Below, one piece after another: positions 19,163-30,509 of a stretch of 33,998 nt of DNA. The notes under the pieces were generated by a model that worked only from the letters and a program-made list of their open reading frames with translations, had not been told where the DNA came from and made no database searches. Position numbers and translations under genes: made by a program. Location: NCBI GenBank assembly GCA_001821795.1, contig MHOB01000023.1, positions 1 to 33,998 of the forward strand, in the 5' to 3' direction. The DNA is from Candidatus Ryanbacteria bacterium RIFCSPLOWO2_12_FULL_47_9c. Lineage in GTDB: Bacteria; Patescibacteriota; Minisyncoccia; Ryanbacterales; GWA2-47-10b. Within the stretch, counting starts at the first letter, position 1. Each line of letters opens with the position of its first letter.

Positions 19163-20461
19163 ATGATACGGACACGAATTCTAGCGGTTTTTCTCTTGGT
19201 TGTTGGCGTTATTGCTGGCTATTTTGTTTACCCACGTTTCGGTATTCCCGAATTTTTTAACATTCCCTTCCGGCTTGGCCTTGATCTCCAGGGTGGGGTT
19301 CACCTTATTTATAAAGCTGATCTTTCACAAATTCCGCTTGGTCAGGGCGGCAGTGCGCTTGAAGGATTGCGCGATGTCATCGAACGGCGGGTCAATTTTT
19401 TTGGTGTTTCGGAGCCAGAAGTTCGCACTGAACGGACGCTCGGTGAAAGCCATCTTAGTGTAAAACTTGCGGGGGTATTTGATACCGCGCGGGCGATCCA
19501 GCTTATTGGGGAAACTCCATTTCTTGAGTTTCGTACCGAGCGAAAAGATACGGTTGCCTCGGATCTCGAGAATGATCCACTTGCTTTTTATGAGCCGACC
19601 GAGCTCAACGGAAGATATTTGCAAGATGCACGGATGGATTTTGACCAGAATAATTCGCCCTACGTGTACATCACCTTTAATCCCGAGGGCGCAAAAATTT
19701 TCGAAAAACTTACGGAAGAGAATATCGACAAAACGATTGCTATCTTTCTCGATGGCGTTCCGATCAGCACCCCGGTTGTTCGGCAAAAAATTTCCGGCGG
19801 AACGGCGCAAATAACAGGGCAATTTACGCCAGAGGAAGCACGCCTTTTAGCTCAACGTCTTCATTCCGGAGCGTTACCGGTGCCTATAGAACTCATTTCC
19901 CAGGAACGCGTTGAAGCAACCCATGGCGCCGAATCTCTTGCAAAAAGTTTCTTTTCAGGGCTCGTTGGGCTTTTGCTCGTTATGGTTTTTATGATTTTAT
20001 GGTATCGATTATCGGGCCTTATTGCGGTTGTCGCGCTCCTGATATATGGCGCTTTCTCGCTCACGCTTTTTAAGCTTATTCCCGTAACATTTACAACCGC
20101 TGGCATCGCAGGATTTATTCTTTCCGTTGGCATGGCGGTAGATGCCAATGTCCTTATTTTTGAGCGCATGAAGGAAGAACTGAAACGGGGGCGAACTCTT
20201 GGCGGGGCGCTTGAAGAGGGGTTTGACCGGGCATGGAATGCAATTCGAGATTCTAATATTTCAAGCATCATGACCGCTCTTATTCTTTGGTTTTTCGGAA
20301 CGGATGCCGTTAAAGGGTTTGCTCTTACGCTAGGTCTTGGCATTGTGGTTTCCATGTTTACTGCCATTGTGATTACGCGGACTTTCATGCGCGCAATCCA
20401 GAGGCGGCATGGATCAGGCGAAACGGTTCCATTTTTATACAAGAGTGGATTTGGTTGGTAA
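19163..20461 (+). CDS. secD: Protein translocase subunit SecD
   Basis: Motifs LGLDLQGG, IERRVN.FGVSEP, IAIFLDG, SGALP, GMAVDANVLIFERMKEE and VKGFALTL. Confidence 0.96.
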   Translation: MIRTRILAVFLLVVGVIAGYFVYPRFGIPEFFNIPFRLGLDLQGGVHLIYKADLSQIPLGQGGSALEGLRDVIERRVNFFGVSEPEVRTERTLGESHLSVKLAGVFDTARAIQLIGETPFLEFRTERKDTVASDLENDPLAFYEPTELNGRYLQDARMDFDQNNSPYVYITFNPEGAKIFEKLTEENIDKTIAIFLDGVPISTPVVRQKISGGTAQITGQFTPEEARLLAQRLHSGALPVPIELISQERVEATHGAESLAKSFFSGLVGLLLVMVFMILWYRLSGLIAVVALLIYGAFSLTLFKLIPVTFTTAGIAGFILSVGMAVDANVLIFERMKEELKRGRTLGGALEEGFDRAWNAIRDSNISSIMTALILWFFGTDAVKGFALTLGLGIVVSMFTAIVITRTFMRAIQRRHGSGETVPFLYKSGFGW

Positions 20462-20462
20462 T

Positions 20463-21338
20463 ATGAATTTCATTGGATCAAGAAAAATATTTTACGGGAT
20501 ATCGGGGACAATGCTTGCATTTTCGGTCGTGTCCTTTTTCATTTTTGGGCTTAGTCTCGGCGCGGATTTCACGGGTGACGCTATTCTCATTGGAACATTT
20601 AAAGATAGAGATGTTTCGTCCGATGAGGTCCGCGCCGCGTTTGAAAAAGAGGGGATCGGAGTTGATTCATTAGATATTCGCGACGGACGGAATCTGTATC
20701 TTCGCGCGCGTTTTCTGTCGGAGGAAAGCCACCAACATCTGTTGCGGATTCTTGGAACGTTTGATGGATTTGACGAACAAAGTTTTGTTTCCCGCGGGCC
20801 TACAATTGGAATGCAACTTCGAAGGAACGCATTGACTGCAATCTTAGTTGCGCTCGCGGCGATCATACTTTATATTGCGTGGGCGTTTCGGCATGTCTCG
20901 CGCCCTGTTTCGAGCTGGATCTACGGACTTGTTGCGATTACTGCGCTCATTCACGATATAACAATTCCTACCGGCCTTTTTTCTTTCCTTCGCATTGAGA
21001 TCGATACTCTTTTTGTGTCTGCACTTCTCACGATTCTTGGATTTTCGGTGCATGATACAATCGTTGTGTTTGATCGTGTGCGGGAAAATCTGAAGAAAGC
21101 CGAGGGTACCAAGAAATTCGCTGATATTGTCGAGGCAAGCGTGCGCGAAACATTTACACGATCTGTTAATACGTCTTTGACTACGATTCTTGCGCTTGTT
21201 GCGATTTATTTCTTCGGCGGGGCATCAACGCATAATTTGGCGCTTGCGCTTATTGTTGGGATTCTCGTTGGGACCTATTCTTCCATATTCATTGCGAGCC
21301 CCCTCCTTGTCACCATTGAACAATGGAAGCGGAAATGA
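20463..21338 (+). CDS. secF: Protein translocase subunit SecF
   Basis: Motifs LGADFTG, GPTIG, ALIHD, LTILGFSVHDTIVVFDRVRE, RSVNTSLTT and GTYSSIFIA. Start at ATG 20463. Confidence 0.96.
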   Translation: MNFIGSRKIFYGISGTMLAFSVVSFFIFGLSLGADFTGDAILIGTFKDRDVSSDEVRAAFEKEGIGVDSLDIRDGRNLYLRARFLSEESHQHLLRILGTFDGFDEQSFVSRGPTIGMQLRRNALTAILVALAAIILYIAWAFRHVSRPVSSWIYGLVAITALIHDITIPTGLFSFLRIEIDTLFVSALLTILGFSVHDTIVVFDRVRENLKKAEGTKKFADIVEASVRETFTRSVNTSLTTILALVAIYFFGGASTHNLALALIVGILVGTYSSIFIASPLLVTIEQWKRK

Positions 21339-21375
21339 AGTAGACGGCGTTTTTCCACAGTGGTCTCGGGGGTCC

Positions 21376-21403
21376 TTGACATATTTTTGAGTAAAGCTAG
21401 AAT
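21376..21403 (+). promoter_or_regulatory. Putative sigma70 promoter of rpoBC
   Basis: TTGACA-N16-TAGAAT. A near-consensus DnaA box (TTTTCCACA) lies at 21351-21359. Confidence 0.7.
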
Positions 21404-21520
21404 AAAGGGTGTCTGCTTTTGAGAACGGTTTGTTATCCGCGGGGCTGAGTTCACGAGATGGCGCGAGGTACGGCCGTCAAATTATTTATAAAAAATACAG
21501 TGGTTAACCATTAAGGTTAG

Positions 21521-21566
21521 AAAAAACGAGTGAGAAACCCGGAGGTGGGTTTTTGACTTGTTTTTT
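21521..21566 (+). terminator. Terminator/attenuator-like hairpin in the rpoB leader
   Basis: AAAAAACGAGT-GAGAAACCC-ggaggt-GGGTTTTTG-ACTTGTTTTTT forms an extended stem with a U-rich 3' side, downstream of the promoter. Confidence 0.55.
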
Positions 21567-21587
21567 ACTTATTTTTTTTCATAACAT

Positions 21588-24500
21588 ATGCAAAAAAAAT
21601 ATTTTGCGCGGTTTAAAGAGCCGCTTGCGCGGCTTCCCTATCTTGCGGAAGTCCAACTCAATTCCTATCGGTGGTTTATGGAAAAGGGGTTCCGCGAGCT
21701 TCTTACAGAATTTTCGCCAATTGAAGATCTCGCCGGAAGGCAGATCAGTCTTGAGTTTCTCGATTATATTATTGAAGAGCCCCCATTCGATGAATATCAT
21801 GCCAAAGCGCATAATCTTACCTATGAAGCGCCGCTCCGGGTAAAGACTCGTTTGACCAATAAAAAAACCGGCGAAATCAAAACGCAAGAAATATTTTTTG
21901 CGGATTTTCCCTTGATGACAAACCATGGCACATTTGTCATCAACGGCATTGAGCGCGTGATTGTCTCCCAGCTTGTTCGCTCGTTCGGCGTTTATTTTAC
22001 TGCCAATGAGTTCCGCGGGAAAAAGCGTTTCGGCGCGAAGGCGATACCGGGGCGCGGAGTTTGGCTTGAATTTGAATCCGATGCCGATGGTGCCATTTGG
22101 GTTAAGATTGACCGGAAAAGAAAAATTGCGGTGAGCGCATTACTCCGGATCTTCGGGCTTGAAACTGATGAACAGATTTTGAGTGCATTCAAAGATATCG
22201 ATACTGGCGAGGTTTCGCATATAGAAGCAACACTTAAAAAAGATCAGACGAAGAGTAAAGGTGACGCCTATATTGAGATCTATAAACGTATTCGACCGGG
22301 TGAAATGGCGGCGCTTGACAATGCGCGGGGGCTCATTGATACGATTTTTTCTTCTGCCCGATATGACCTCCATGTTGTTGGGCGATATAAGATGAATCTT
22401 CGTTTCAAGTCGCTTGGAGGCGGTACGGAGGATTCCCGCGTTCTTACCCAGCAAGACCTTGTTTATATCATTCACGAAATTATACGGAAGAATAATACGC
22501 CCGATGAGGTTGAGGACGACATTGACCACTTGGGGCATCGCCGCGTCCGAGGAGTCGGCGAGATGTTGCAAAATCGCCTCCGCGTGGGCATAGCTCGTAT
22601 GGAGCGCAACATTCATGACCGCATCTCAACTCTCGAAACTGATACGCTTACTCCGATGCAGCTCGTAAATGCCCGTCCCTTTATGTCTGTTCTCAAAGAA
22701 TTTTTTACGACTAATAAGCTTTCCCAATTTATGGATCAGGTGAATGTTCTCTCGCAGCTTGAGCATAAACGGCGTCTCTCGGCGCTCGGTCCCGGGGGTC
22801 TTACTCGCGAGAGAGCCGGTTTTGAAGTTCGTGATGTGCACCCATCACATTACGGTCGCATTTGTCCCATTGAGACGCCGGAAGGTCCGAACATCGGCCT
22901 CGTGGGACATCTTGCAAGCTATGCGCGCGTGAATGATTTTGGACTGATTGAAACTCCTTACCGGAAAGTTGAACGCGGAAAAATCACTAGTGAGATCAAT
23001 TATTTGACCGCTTTCGAAGAAGCTGACTATAACATTGCACATGCAGGTATTGCATATGATTCAAAATCGGGTGAAATTCTTGATAAGGAGCTTGAAGCGC
23101 GCATCAAAGGCCAGCCGCGCCTTGTTCGTCGCGAGGATATACACTACATTGACGTGTCTCCCACGCAGGCATTTAGCATTGCAACCGGTCTCATTCCTTT
23201 TTTGGGTCACGATGATGCAAATCGCGCGCTCATGGGTTCAAATATGCAGCGGCAGGCGGTTCCGTGTGTTATTCCGCAGGCTCCCCTTGTCGCGACAGGT
23301 ATCGAAGGGCGTGCCGCAGAGGATTCCGGTCTTTTAATAACTGCTGGGGATGATGGAAAAGTACTGTATGTCGATGCAGGGAAGATCATTGTTCGTACGG
23401 GACGGCACGACCGCGAATACTCTTTGGTGACATTCGCGCGGTCAAACCAGGTGACTGCTCTTCACCACACGCCCCTTGTGCGTGCGGGAGAACGCGTGGT
23501 CAAGGGCCAAGTTCTTGCTGATAATTCTTCCACAAAAAATGGTGAACTTGCCCTTGGTCAAAATCTCCTGGTGGCATTTTTGTCGTGGGGTGGCGCAACA
23601 TTTGAAGACGCTATTATTCTCTCAGAGCGACTTGTGAAAGAAGATCGCTTCACTTCCATCCATATCGAGGAGTTTACGATTGATGTGCGCGATACAAAAC
23701 TTGGTGAAGAGATAACTACGCATGATATTCCAAATGTGGGAGAAGAGAAGCTCAAAGATCTTGATGAAGATGGTGTTGTTCGCATTGGCGCTGAAGTGCG
23801 GATGGGAGATATCCTTGTAGGGAAGATTTCACCGAAAGGCGAGTCTGATCTCACGCCGGAGGAGCGGCTTCTGCGGGCAATTTTTGGTGAGAAAGCAAAA
23901 GAAGTAAAAGATACTTCCCTGCGCCTTCCGCACGGAAAACAGGGTCGCGTTGTCGGCATTAAAGTATTCTCTCGCGAGAGGGGAGATCGGCTCGAGACCG
24001 GTGTTATAAAGCGAATTCATATCGAGATTGCCCAGCTGCGCAAGATTTCCGTGGGCGATAAACTCGCGGGCCGCCACGGGAATAAAGGTGTTATCTCGAA
24101 AGTATTGCAGGAAGAAGATATGCCGTATCTTGAGGACGGTACGCCGGTTGACATAATTTTGAATCCGCTTGGCGTTGCTTCACGCATGAATCTTGGACAG
24201 ATTCTTGAAGCGCACCTCGGATGGGCATGTCAAAGACTCGGATATCAGGCGATTTGCCCCCCATTCATTGATCCATCCGAGGGTGAAATTAAAGAGGAGC
24301 TAAAAAAAGCGGGGATACCGTCTTCTGGGAAGGTGCCCCTTTATGATGGCCGAACTGGAGAGCGATTTGAACAGGATGTTATGGTTGGCCAAATTTATAT
24401 GTTGAAGCTTATGCATATGGTTGAGGACAAGATTCATATGCGTTCGATCGGTCCCTATTCACTCATCACTCAACAGCCGTTAGGGGGAAAGGCGCAGGGT

Positions 24501-24818
24501 GGAGGACAACGGTTCGGCGAGATGGAAGTATGGGCGCTCGAAGGATACGGCGCTGCGCATACGCTTCAGGAAGTTATTACAATCAAGTCAGATGATGTTC
24601 TCGGCCGCGCGGCGATTTATGATGCTATTGTCCGCGGTGAGAAACTCAAAAATCCCCGCGTGCCAGCTTCGTTCTATGTTTTGGTCAATGAACTAAAAGG
24701 TCTTGCGTTAAACGTTATCATCAAAGAAGCTACGCCTACGTATGATTCAGATTCAGAGGAAGACGAAGCAGATGTTTCGCTTAATCAACGGGCTCGAAGT
24801 CGTATGGCGCGGTCATAA
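21588..24818 (+). CDS. rpoB: DNA-directed RNA polymerase beta subunit
   Basis: Motifs GTFVINGIERVIVSQL, LSQFMDQ...HKRRLSALGPGGL, ETPEGPNIGL, GSNMQRQA, GDKLAGRHGNKG and GGQRFGEME. Confidence 0.98.
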   Translation: MQKKYFARFKEPLARLPYLAEVQLNSYRWFMEKGFRELLTEFSPIEDLAGRQISLEFLDYIIEEPPFDEYHAKAHNLTYEAPLRVKTRLTNKKTGEIKTQEIFFADFPLMTNHGTFVINGIERVIVSQLVRSFGVYFTANEFRGKKRFGAKAIPGRGVWLEFESDADGAIWVKIDRKRKIAVSALLRIFGLETDEQILSAFKDIDTGEVSHIEATLKKDQTKSKGDAYIEIYKRIRPGEMAALDNARGLIDTIFSSARYDLHVVGRYKMNLRFKSLGGGTEDSRVLTQQDLVYIIHEIIRKNNTPDEVEDDIDHLGHRRVRGVGEMLQNRLRVGIARMERNIHDRISTLETDTLTPMQLVNARPFMSVLKEFFTTNKLSQFMDQVNVLSQLEHKRRLSALGPGGLTRERAGFEVRDVHPSHYGRICPIETPEGPNIGLVGHLASYARVNDFGLIETPYRKVERGKITSEINYLTAFEEADYNIAHAGIAYDSKSGEILDKELEARIKGQPRLVRREDIHYIDVSPTQAFSIATGLIPFLGHDDANRALMGSNMQRQAVPCVIPQAPLVATGIEGRAAEDSGLLITAGDDGKVLYVDAGKIIVRTGRHDREYSLVTFARSNQVTALHHTPLVRAGERVVKGQVLADNSSTKNGELALGQNLLVAFLSWGGATFEDAIILSERLVKEDRFTSIHIEEFTIDVRDTKLGEEITTHDIPNVGEEKLKDLDEDGVVRIGAEVRMGDILVGKISPKGESDLTPEERLLRAIFGEKAKEVKDTSLRLPHGKQGRVVGIKVFSRERGDRLETGVIKRIHIEIAQLRKISVGDKLAGRHGNKGVISKVLQEEDMPYLEDGTPVDIILNPLGVASRMNLGQILEAHLGWACQRLGYQAICPPFIDPSEGEIKEELKKAGIPSSGKVPLYDGRTGERFEQDVMVGQIYMLKLMHMVEDKIHMRSIGPYSLITQQPLGGKAQGGGQRFGEMEVWALEGYGAAHTLQEVITIKSDDVLGRAAIYDAIVRGEKLKNPRVPASFYVLVNELKGLALNVIIKEATPTYDSDSEEDEADVSLNQRARSRMARS

Positions 24819-24830
24819 AATAGAGCGAAT

Positions 24831-27800
24831 ATGGATACACGAGTAGTAGATTTTAAATCAATTGTTCTCCGGCTTGCCTCCCCGCAAGATATTCTGTCAT
24901 GGTCTCACGGAGAAGTTACTAAACCCGAGACGATCAACTATCGCACCCAACGGCCTGAACGCGATGGCCTTTTTTGCGAGAAAATTTTTGGACCGACAAA
25001 AGATTTCGAGTGTTATTGCGGGAAATACCGGCGCGTCCGTTATAAGGGAATCGTTTGTGATAAGTGTGGCGTTGAAGTTACAAAATCACAGGTTCGCCGT
25101 GACCGGATGGGGCATATTGAACTTGCCGCTCCTGTTTCTCATATCTGGTTTGTGCGTTCGGTGCCCTCACGCTCCGGGCTTTTGCTCGACTTGTCGGTAG
25201 TTGATCTTGAACGCGTGATATATTTTGCGGGTTACATTATCACGTCCATTGACGAGAACGCGCGCGCGGAAGCGCTTCGTGATATTGAGCGTGAATTTAA
25301 GGCAAAATCAAAAACAACAAAAGATAAATCGGCCCTCAAAGAGGGCGCAGACCGCGCAAAAAGCGAGTTAAAGAATCTGAAAAAAGGAGCGGTCCTCTCC
25401 GAAGTTGATTACCATCGGTTCGCACTTAAATACGCAAACGTGTTTCATGCAGGTACGGGCGCGGAGACTCTTCGGAAAATTTGTGAAGAGATCGATCTTA
25501 CGGTTATGTGGAAAGACCTTGAACGCGAGTTGGAACACGCGACTCCGCTTGGCAAAAAAAGAATTCTCGCCCGGCTCCGGACCGTAAGAGCAATGGAGCG
25601 TTCGCATGTTCGGCCGGAATGGATGTTTTTAACTACTATCCCCGTGATTCCTCCTGATCTCCGGCCGATGGTGCCGCTTGATGGGGGCAGGCACGCGAGT
25701 TCGGATGTCAACGATCTTTACCGCCGGGTAATTAACCGAAACAATCGTCTCAAGCGCCTTTATGAATTGAAAGCGCCGGAGGTTATTACTCGAAACGAGA
25801 AGCGGATGTTGCAGGAAGCGGTTGATGCTCTTATTGACAACTCAATCAAAAGAGGCGCGGCGCCCGTTGCGTCTCAAGCGCAGCGCAGGCCACTTCGATC
25901 GCTTGCTGATATGCTCAAGGGAAAGCAAGGGCGGTTTCGGCAGAATTTGCTCGGGAAAAGAGTTGACTATTCAGGCCGGTCGGTTATCGTGGTTGGTCCT
26001 TCGCTCAAACTCCATCAGTGCGGTCTTCCAAAACATATGGCGCTTGAGCTTTTTAAGCCGTTTGTAATCCACAAGATCATTGAGCGCGAACTCGCGCACA
26101 ATATTCGCGGCGCCTCGCGCCTTATTGACGAAGCGACTCCGGAGATTTGGGCTATTCTTGAAGAAGTTATCAAAGGAAAGTATGTTCTTCTGAACCGCGC
26201 GCCAACTCTTCATCGTCTTGGCATTCAGGCGTTTCAGCCGCTTCTGATTGAGGGTAATGCCATTCAGCTCCATCCGCTCGTGTGTCTTGCATTCAATGCG
26301 GATTTTGATGGCGACCAAATGGCCGTGCATGTGCCGTTGACCGATGAAGCCCAAAAAGAAGCCGCTGAAATTATTGCGTCGACAAAAAATATTCTCAAAC
26401 CAGGGTCGGGTGAAGCGATTGTTGTGCCCACACAAGACATGGTGCTCGGGTGCTATTGGCTTACCAATATTGACAACCAGGGAAAAGGAGTAGGAAAAAT
26501 CTTCGCGTCGAAAAACGAAGCAATACTTGCATATGATGTTGGCGATGTCGGTCTTCGCGCACCCGTGAAAGTACTCTCACATATGGGAGAAGGCAAACCG
26601 CAGTATCTCGAAACAACGGTCGGGCGCATTATTTTTAATATTGCGATACCGAATGATTTTGGTTTTATCAATGAACGGTTGGGCAAAAAACAGCTCGCAA
26701 AACTCATTGGTAAACTTCTCCGAAAATATGGCCAAGCCGAGCTTCCTGATATTCTCGATAAGATCAAGGATATCGGTTTTACCTATGTGACAAAATCTGG
26801 TATCAGCTGGGGAATGGATGACCTTCAGGTCCCCGAAAAGAAGGGAGACGTCATCGAACAGGCGCGCAAAGATATTGCGGTCATCGATGATCAGTTTGAG
26901 AATGGACTTCTGACCGAGGACGAGCGATACAAAAAAGTTATTGAGGTGTGGTCGCGTGCCAAACACGAGATCGCACAGCTCATTCCCGGCTCGCTTGATC
27001 CCGATGGACCTGTTTTTACGATGGTGGATGCGTCGGCACGCGGTTCCTGGGACTCCGTTCTCCAGATGGCCGGCATGAAGGGTCTCCTGCGGAACCCGTC
27101 CGGTAGGATCATTGAGTTGCCTGTTCTTTCAAACTATAAAGAAGGGTTTACCGTACTCGAGTATTTTATTTCGACGCATGGCGCTCGAAAGGGTACTGCT
27201 GACACCGCGCTCAAGACTGCGGTTGCTGGTTATCTCACACGGCGCCTCGTTGATGTTGCGCAGGATGTTGTGGTATCGGAGTCAGATTGCGGCACTGACG
27301 AAGGTATTACGATTCGTAAATCTGATTTGCAGGAGTTTAGCGCTTCTCTGGGACAACGGGTATTTGGCCGCACACTTGTCTCTGATGTAAAACACCCCGA
27401 AACAAAGCGCGTTCTTTTTAAGAAAGGACATCTTTTAACTGTTGAAGAAGCTGATTTGATCGAGGAAATCGGTGTCGAGAACATTATTGTTCGATCACCG
27501 ATTGCTTGCAGTACTCTGCGCGGCATATGCCAGACGTGTTATGGGTATGATCTTGGTTCTAATACTCCTGTCAAGCTTGGGGAGGCGGTTGGTATTGTGG
27601 CGGCGCAAGCGATTGGGGAGCCAGGTACACAACTTACCATGAAGACGTTTCATATGGGTGGTGTTGCTGGCGCGTCGGGTGATATTACGCTTGGTCTCCC
27701 CCGCGTTGAGGAAATTTTCGAGGTCCGTACGCCAAAAAACAAAGCGGTGATCGCAACGTTGGCGGGTACCATTGTCGATATTGAAGAAGAAGATAGGGAA

Positions 27801-28400
27801 AGAAAAATTATTATTCTTGGTAAGAATAATAAGAAAGCCGAATGCATTATTCCTTTCGGACGCATGATGATCGTAAAAAAAGGCGATTTGGTGGAGTTGG
27901 GAGACAGTCTCTCTGATGGGCCCGTGGACATCAATGAACTCTACACGCAAGCCGGACATGAGCGGGTACATAACTACGTGCTCAACGAAGTGAGCAAAGT
28001 TTATACTCTCCAAGGTGCGACAATCAATAATAAGCACATTGAAGTGATGATCCGCCAGATGTTTTCTCGCGTACGCATCAGGGAAAACGGCGATACGTTA
28101 TTTGCTATTGGTGAAGTTGTTGAACACGCTGTTTTTGTTGATGAGAATGAACGCGTTGAGAAAAAGGGAGGGGAAAAAGCGCAAGCGAGTGAGCTTCTCA
28201 TGGGAATAACGCGTGTTGCGCTCACAACAGATAGTTTTCTCTCCGCTGCGTCGTTTATGGAAACAGGGCGTGTTCTTATCCGGGCATCGCTTGAGGGACG
28301 CGAAGATAAACTCCTGGGTCTTAAAGAAAATGTTATCATTGGTCATCTTATCCCCGCGGGGACTGGTTTTAACAAAGACAAAGACAGAGAAGAATTCTAA
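24831..28400 (+). CDS. rpoC: DNA-directed RNA polymerase beta' subunit
   Basis: Motifs KPETINYRT, a Zn finger, [32 protein letters not shown] and GLKENVIIG. Confidence 0.98.
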   Translation: MDTRVVDFKSIVLRLASPQDILSWSHGEVTKPETINYRTQRPERDGLFCEKIFGPTKDFECYCGKYRRVRYKGIVCDKCGVEVTKSQVRRDRMGHIELAAPVSHIWFVRSVPSRSGLLLDLSVVDLERVIYFAGYIITSIDENARAEALRDIEREFKAKSKTTKDKSALKEGADRAKSELKNLKKGAVLSEVDYHRFALKYANVFHAGTGAETLRKICEEIDLTVMWKDLERELEHATPLGKKRILARLRTVRAMERSHVRPEWMFLTTIPVIPPDLRPMVPLDGGRHASSDVNDLYRRVINRNNRLKRLYELKAPEVITRNEKRMLQEAVDALIDNSIKRGAAPVASQAQRRPLRSLADMLKGKQGRFRQNLLGKRVDYSGRSVIVVGPSLKLHQCGLPKHMALELFKPFVIHKIIERELAHNIRGASRLIDEATPEIWAILEEVIKGKYVLLNRAPTLHRLGIQAFQPLLIEGNAIQLHPLVCLAFNADFDGDQMAVHVPLTDEAQKEAAEIIASTKNILKPGSGEAIVVPTQDMVLGCYWLTNIDNQGKGVGKIFASKNEAILAYDVGDVGLRAPVKVLSHMGEGKPQYLETTVGRIIFNIAIPNDFGFINERLGKKQLAKLIGKLLRKYGQAELPDILDKIKDIGFTYVTKSGISWGMDDLQVPEKKGDVIEQARKDIAVIDDQFENGLLTEDERYKKVIEVWSRAKHEIAQLIPGSLDPDGPVFTMVDASARGSWDSVLQMAGMKGLLRNPSGRIIELPVLSNYKEGFTVLEYFISTHGARKGTADTALKTAVAGYLTRRLVDVAQDVVVSESDCGTDEGITIRKSDLQEFSASLGQRVFGRTLVSDVKHPETKRVLFKKGHLLTVEEADLIEEIGVENIIVRSPIACSTLRGICQTCYGYDLGSNTPVKLGEAVGIVAAQAIGEPGTQLTMKTFHMGGVAGASGDITLGLPRVEEIFEVRTPKNKAVIATLAGTIVDIEEEDRERKIIILGKNNKKAECIIPFGRMMIVKKGDLVELGDSLSDGPVDINELYTQAGHERVHNYVLNEVSKVYTLQGATINNKHIEVMIRQMFSRVRIRENGDTLFAIGEVVEHAVFVDENERVEKKGGEKAQASELLMGITRVALTTDSFLSAASFMETGRVLIRASLEGREDKLLGLKENVIIGHLIPAGTGFNKDKDREEF

Positions 28401-28407
28401 TTGTCCT

Positions 28408-28435
28408 TTGTCATGGGGCGAAATCACCTTATACT
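28408..28435 (+). promoter_or_regulatory. Putative promoter for a leaderless ftsK transcript
   Basis: TTGTCA-N16-TATACT. The GTG start lies 7 nt after the -10 hexamer. Confidence 0.6.
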
Positions 28436-28441
28436 GTATAC

Positions 28442-30508
28442 GTGGCAAGACGGAAATCAAACGTGAAGCAGGGCGGAGAAGAAAAAGGGCTTCGCCAGGA
28501 AACCAAAGATAGTATTGTTGCTGTAGGAGCTCTTGTTCTGGCGGCGCTGTTCGCTTTTGCCGCATATGGGAGCGCCGGGAAAATAGGTGATTTCGCATAC
28601 CGGTTTTTTTCTTTGCTTTTGGGAAAAGGATATTTCTTACTTCCGGTGTCCCTTGTGCTTATTGGCTCTGCGCTTTTATTCTCGGTTAGGCAGAGATTCT
28701 TGAGCTTGCCACTGATTGGCGCCGCTCTCTTTCTTTTATCAAATCTTGCTCTCGCTGATATCATTTTCGGAACGCGCACAGGGGGTCTCGTTGGATCTTA
28801 TGGAGCCGCGCCCGTTGTATATCTTTTTGACTCTTCCGCGAGCATAATAATTTTTTCCGCTCTCTTGTTGGTATCGCTTCTTGTGATTTTTAACGCGTCT
28901 TTGCGATGGAATTTCCCTAGGAAAGAAACCGATGGTGTTATGATTGCAAAAAAGGAAGTGCCAAGCGCCGCGGTGCTTCCCTTAGATGAGGAAGAGATCG
29001 AGGAGATTGTTGAGACGCAGGAAGATCATAAAGAACCCGAGAAACCGCAGATGAAAAACGTTTCTCCAGAAATCATGAAGGAATTGAAAAGGAAAGCGCC
29101 CGACTATATTTTGCCGCCCCTTTCCCTTCTTGACGGGGACCGCGGCAAGCCATCGGCGGGCGATATAAAAGGGAACGGAAACATCGTTCAGAGAACGCTT
29201 GCGGAATTTGGAATTCCGGTCGAGATGGGGGAAGTAAACGTTGGGCCATCAGTTACGCAATATACTCTCAAGCCCGCGCAGGGTATTAAGCTTTCCCGTA
29301 TTGTTGCGCTCCAGAATGACCTCGCGCTTGCTCTTGCTGCACATCCCCTTAGGATTGAGGCGCCGATTCCGGGGAAGTCATTTGTTGGCATTGAAGTTCC
29401 AAATAAATCCATTGCTCTTGTGGGATTGCGGAAACTTCTTGAAGAAGACGAGTATCAAAAAGGCGGTCCCTTGATATTTACGCTTGGTAAAAACGTCGCG
29501 GGCAGGGCAATGTATGCAGACCTTGCGCGCATGCCGCATCTTCTTATTGCGGGATCAACGGGTTCAGGAAAGTCTGTGTCCATTCACTCGATTCTCTTGA
29601 GTTTGTTCTATAAAAATACACCATTGTCTCTTCGGTTGCTGATGATTGATCCTAAGCGGGTGGAACTCGCGCATTATCAAGACATGCCCCATCTTTTAAC
29701 GCCCGTCATTACTGAATCACGCGAAGCAATATCAGCGCTTCGGTGGACCGTGAAAGAAATGGAAGAGCGGTATCGCATTCTACAAAAAGCCCGCGTGCGT
29801 GATGTTGTCTCGTATAATTCTTCGCATCCCAGCGAATTTATGCCCTATATTGTTGTGATTATTGATGAGCTTGCCGATCTCATGTCGGCGTATGGACGAG
29901 ATGTTGAGGCGTCCATTGTCCGCATCGCGCAGATGGCGCGCGCCGTTGGAATTCATCTCATCGTTTCAACCCAACGCCCGTCGGTTGAGGTTATTACCGG
30001 GCTTATCAAAGCAAATATCACGAGCCGGATCGCGTTTCAGGTTGCGAGTCAAATTGATTCGCGCACGATTCTCGATGGCGGGGGAGCCGAAAAGCTTCTG
30101 GGCAACGGGGATATGCTTTTTCTTGCCGGGGACGCGGGAAAGCCAAAACGCATTCAGGGTGCGTTTGTTTCCGAAGCGGAGGTAAAGAAGGTTACTGATT
30201 TTATTTTGAAGCAAGATTCAGAGCCCGTGTATAACGAAGAGATCGTCGCCGCACACGCAAACGGTGCAAATGGCGGGTTCGATGGAGATGATGACGATGA
30301 GTTGTATGATGCTGCGTACACCGTTGTGCGGGAAGCACAGAAAGCGTCAACATCGTTTTTGCAGCGTCGGCTTAAGGTCGGGTACGCGCGTGCCGCGCGC
30401 CTTATGGATATGCTCGAAGAACGGGGAATTGTCGGACCCGGCGAAGGAGCAAAACCCCGCGATGTTCTTATCGGTCGAGAAGAAAAAAATGAGCATTACA
30501 TCTCCTAA
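28442..30508 (+). CDS. ftsK: DNA translocase FtsK/SpoIIIE
   Basis: N-terminal TM helices, RIEAPIPGKS, MPHLLIAGSTGSGKS, IDPKRVEL, IIDELADL, TQRPS and a gamma domain (LQRRLKVGYARAARL). Confidence 0.97.
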   Translation: MARRKSNVKQGGEEKGLRQETKDSIVAVGALVLAALFAFAAYGSAGKIGDFAYRFFSLLLGKGYFLLPVSLVLIGSALLFSVRQRFLSLPLIGAALFLLSNLALADIIFGTRTGGLVGSYGAAPVVYLFDSSASIIIFSALLLVSLLVIFNASLRWNFPRKETDGVMIAKKEVPSAAVLPLDEEEIEEIVETQEDHKEPEKPQMKNVSPEIMKELKRKAPDYILPPLSLLDGDRGKPSAGDIKGNGNIVQRTLAEFGIPVEMGEVNVGPSVTQYTLKPAQGIKLSRIVALQNDLALALAAHPLRIEAPIPGKSFVGIEVPNKSIALVGLRKLLEEDEYQKGGPLIFTLGKNVAGRAMYADLARMPHLLIAGSTGSGKSVSIHSILLSLFYKNTPLSLRLLMIDPKRVELAHYQDMPHLLTPVITESREAISALRWTVKEMEERYRILQKARVRDVVSYNSSHPSEFMPYIVVIIDELADLMSAYGRDVEASIVRIAQMARAVGIHLIVSTQRPSVEVITGLIKANITSRIAFQVASQIDSRTILDGGGAEKLLGNGDMLFLAGDAGKPKRIQGAFVSEAEVKKVTDFILKQDSEPVYNEEIVAAHANGANGGFDGDDDDELYDAAYTVVREAQKASTSFLQRRLKVGYARAARLMDMLEERGIVGPGEGAKPRDVLIGREEKNEHYIS

Positions 30509-30509
30509 T

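Noticed and set aside
22700..22805. Intrinsic rifampicin resistance in RpoB cluster I
   Set aside because: The key Gln, Asp, His, Arg and Ser positions are conserved (LSQFMDQ...HKRRLS). The differences are peripheral.
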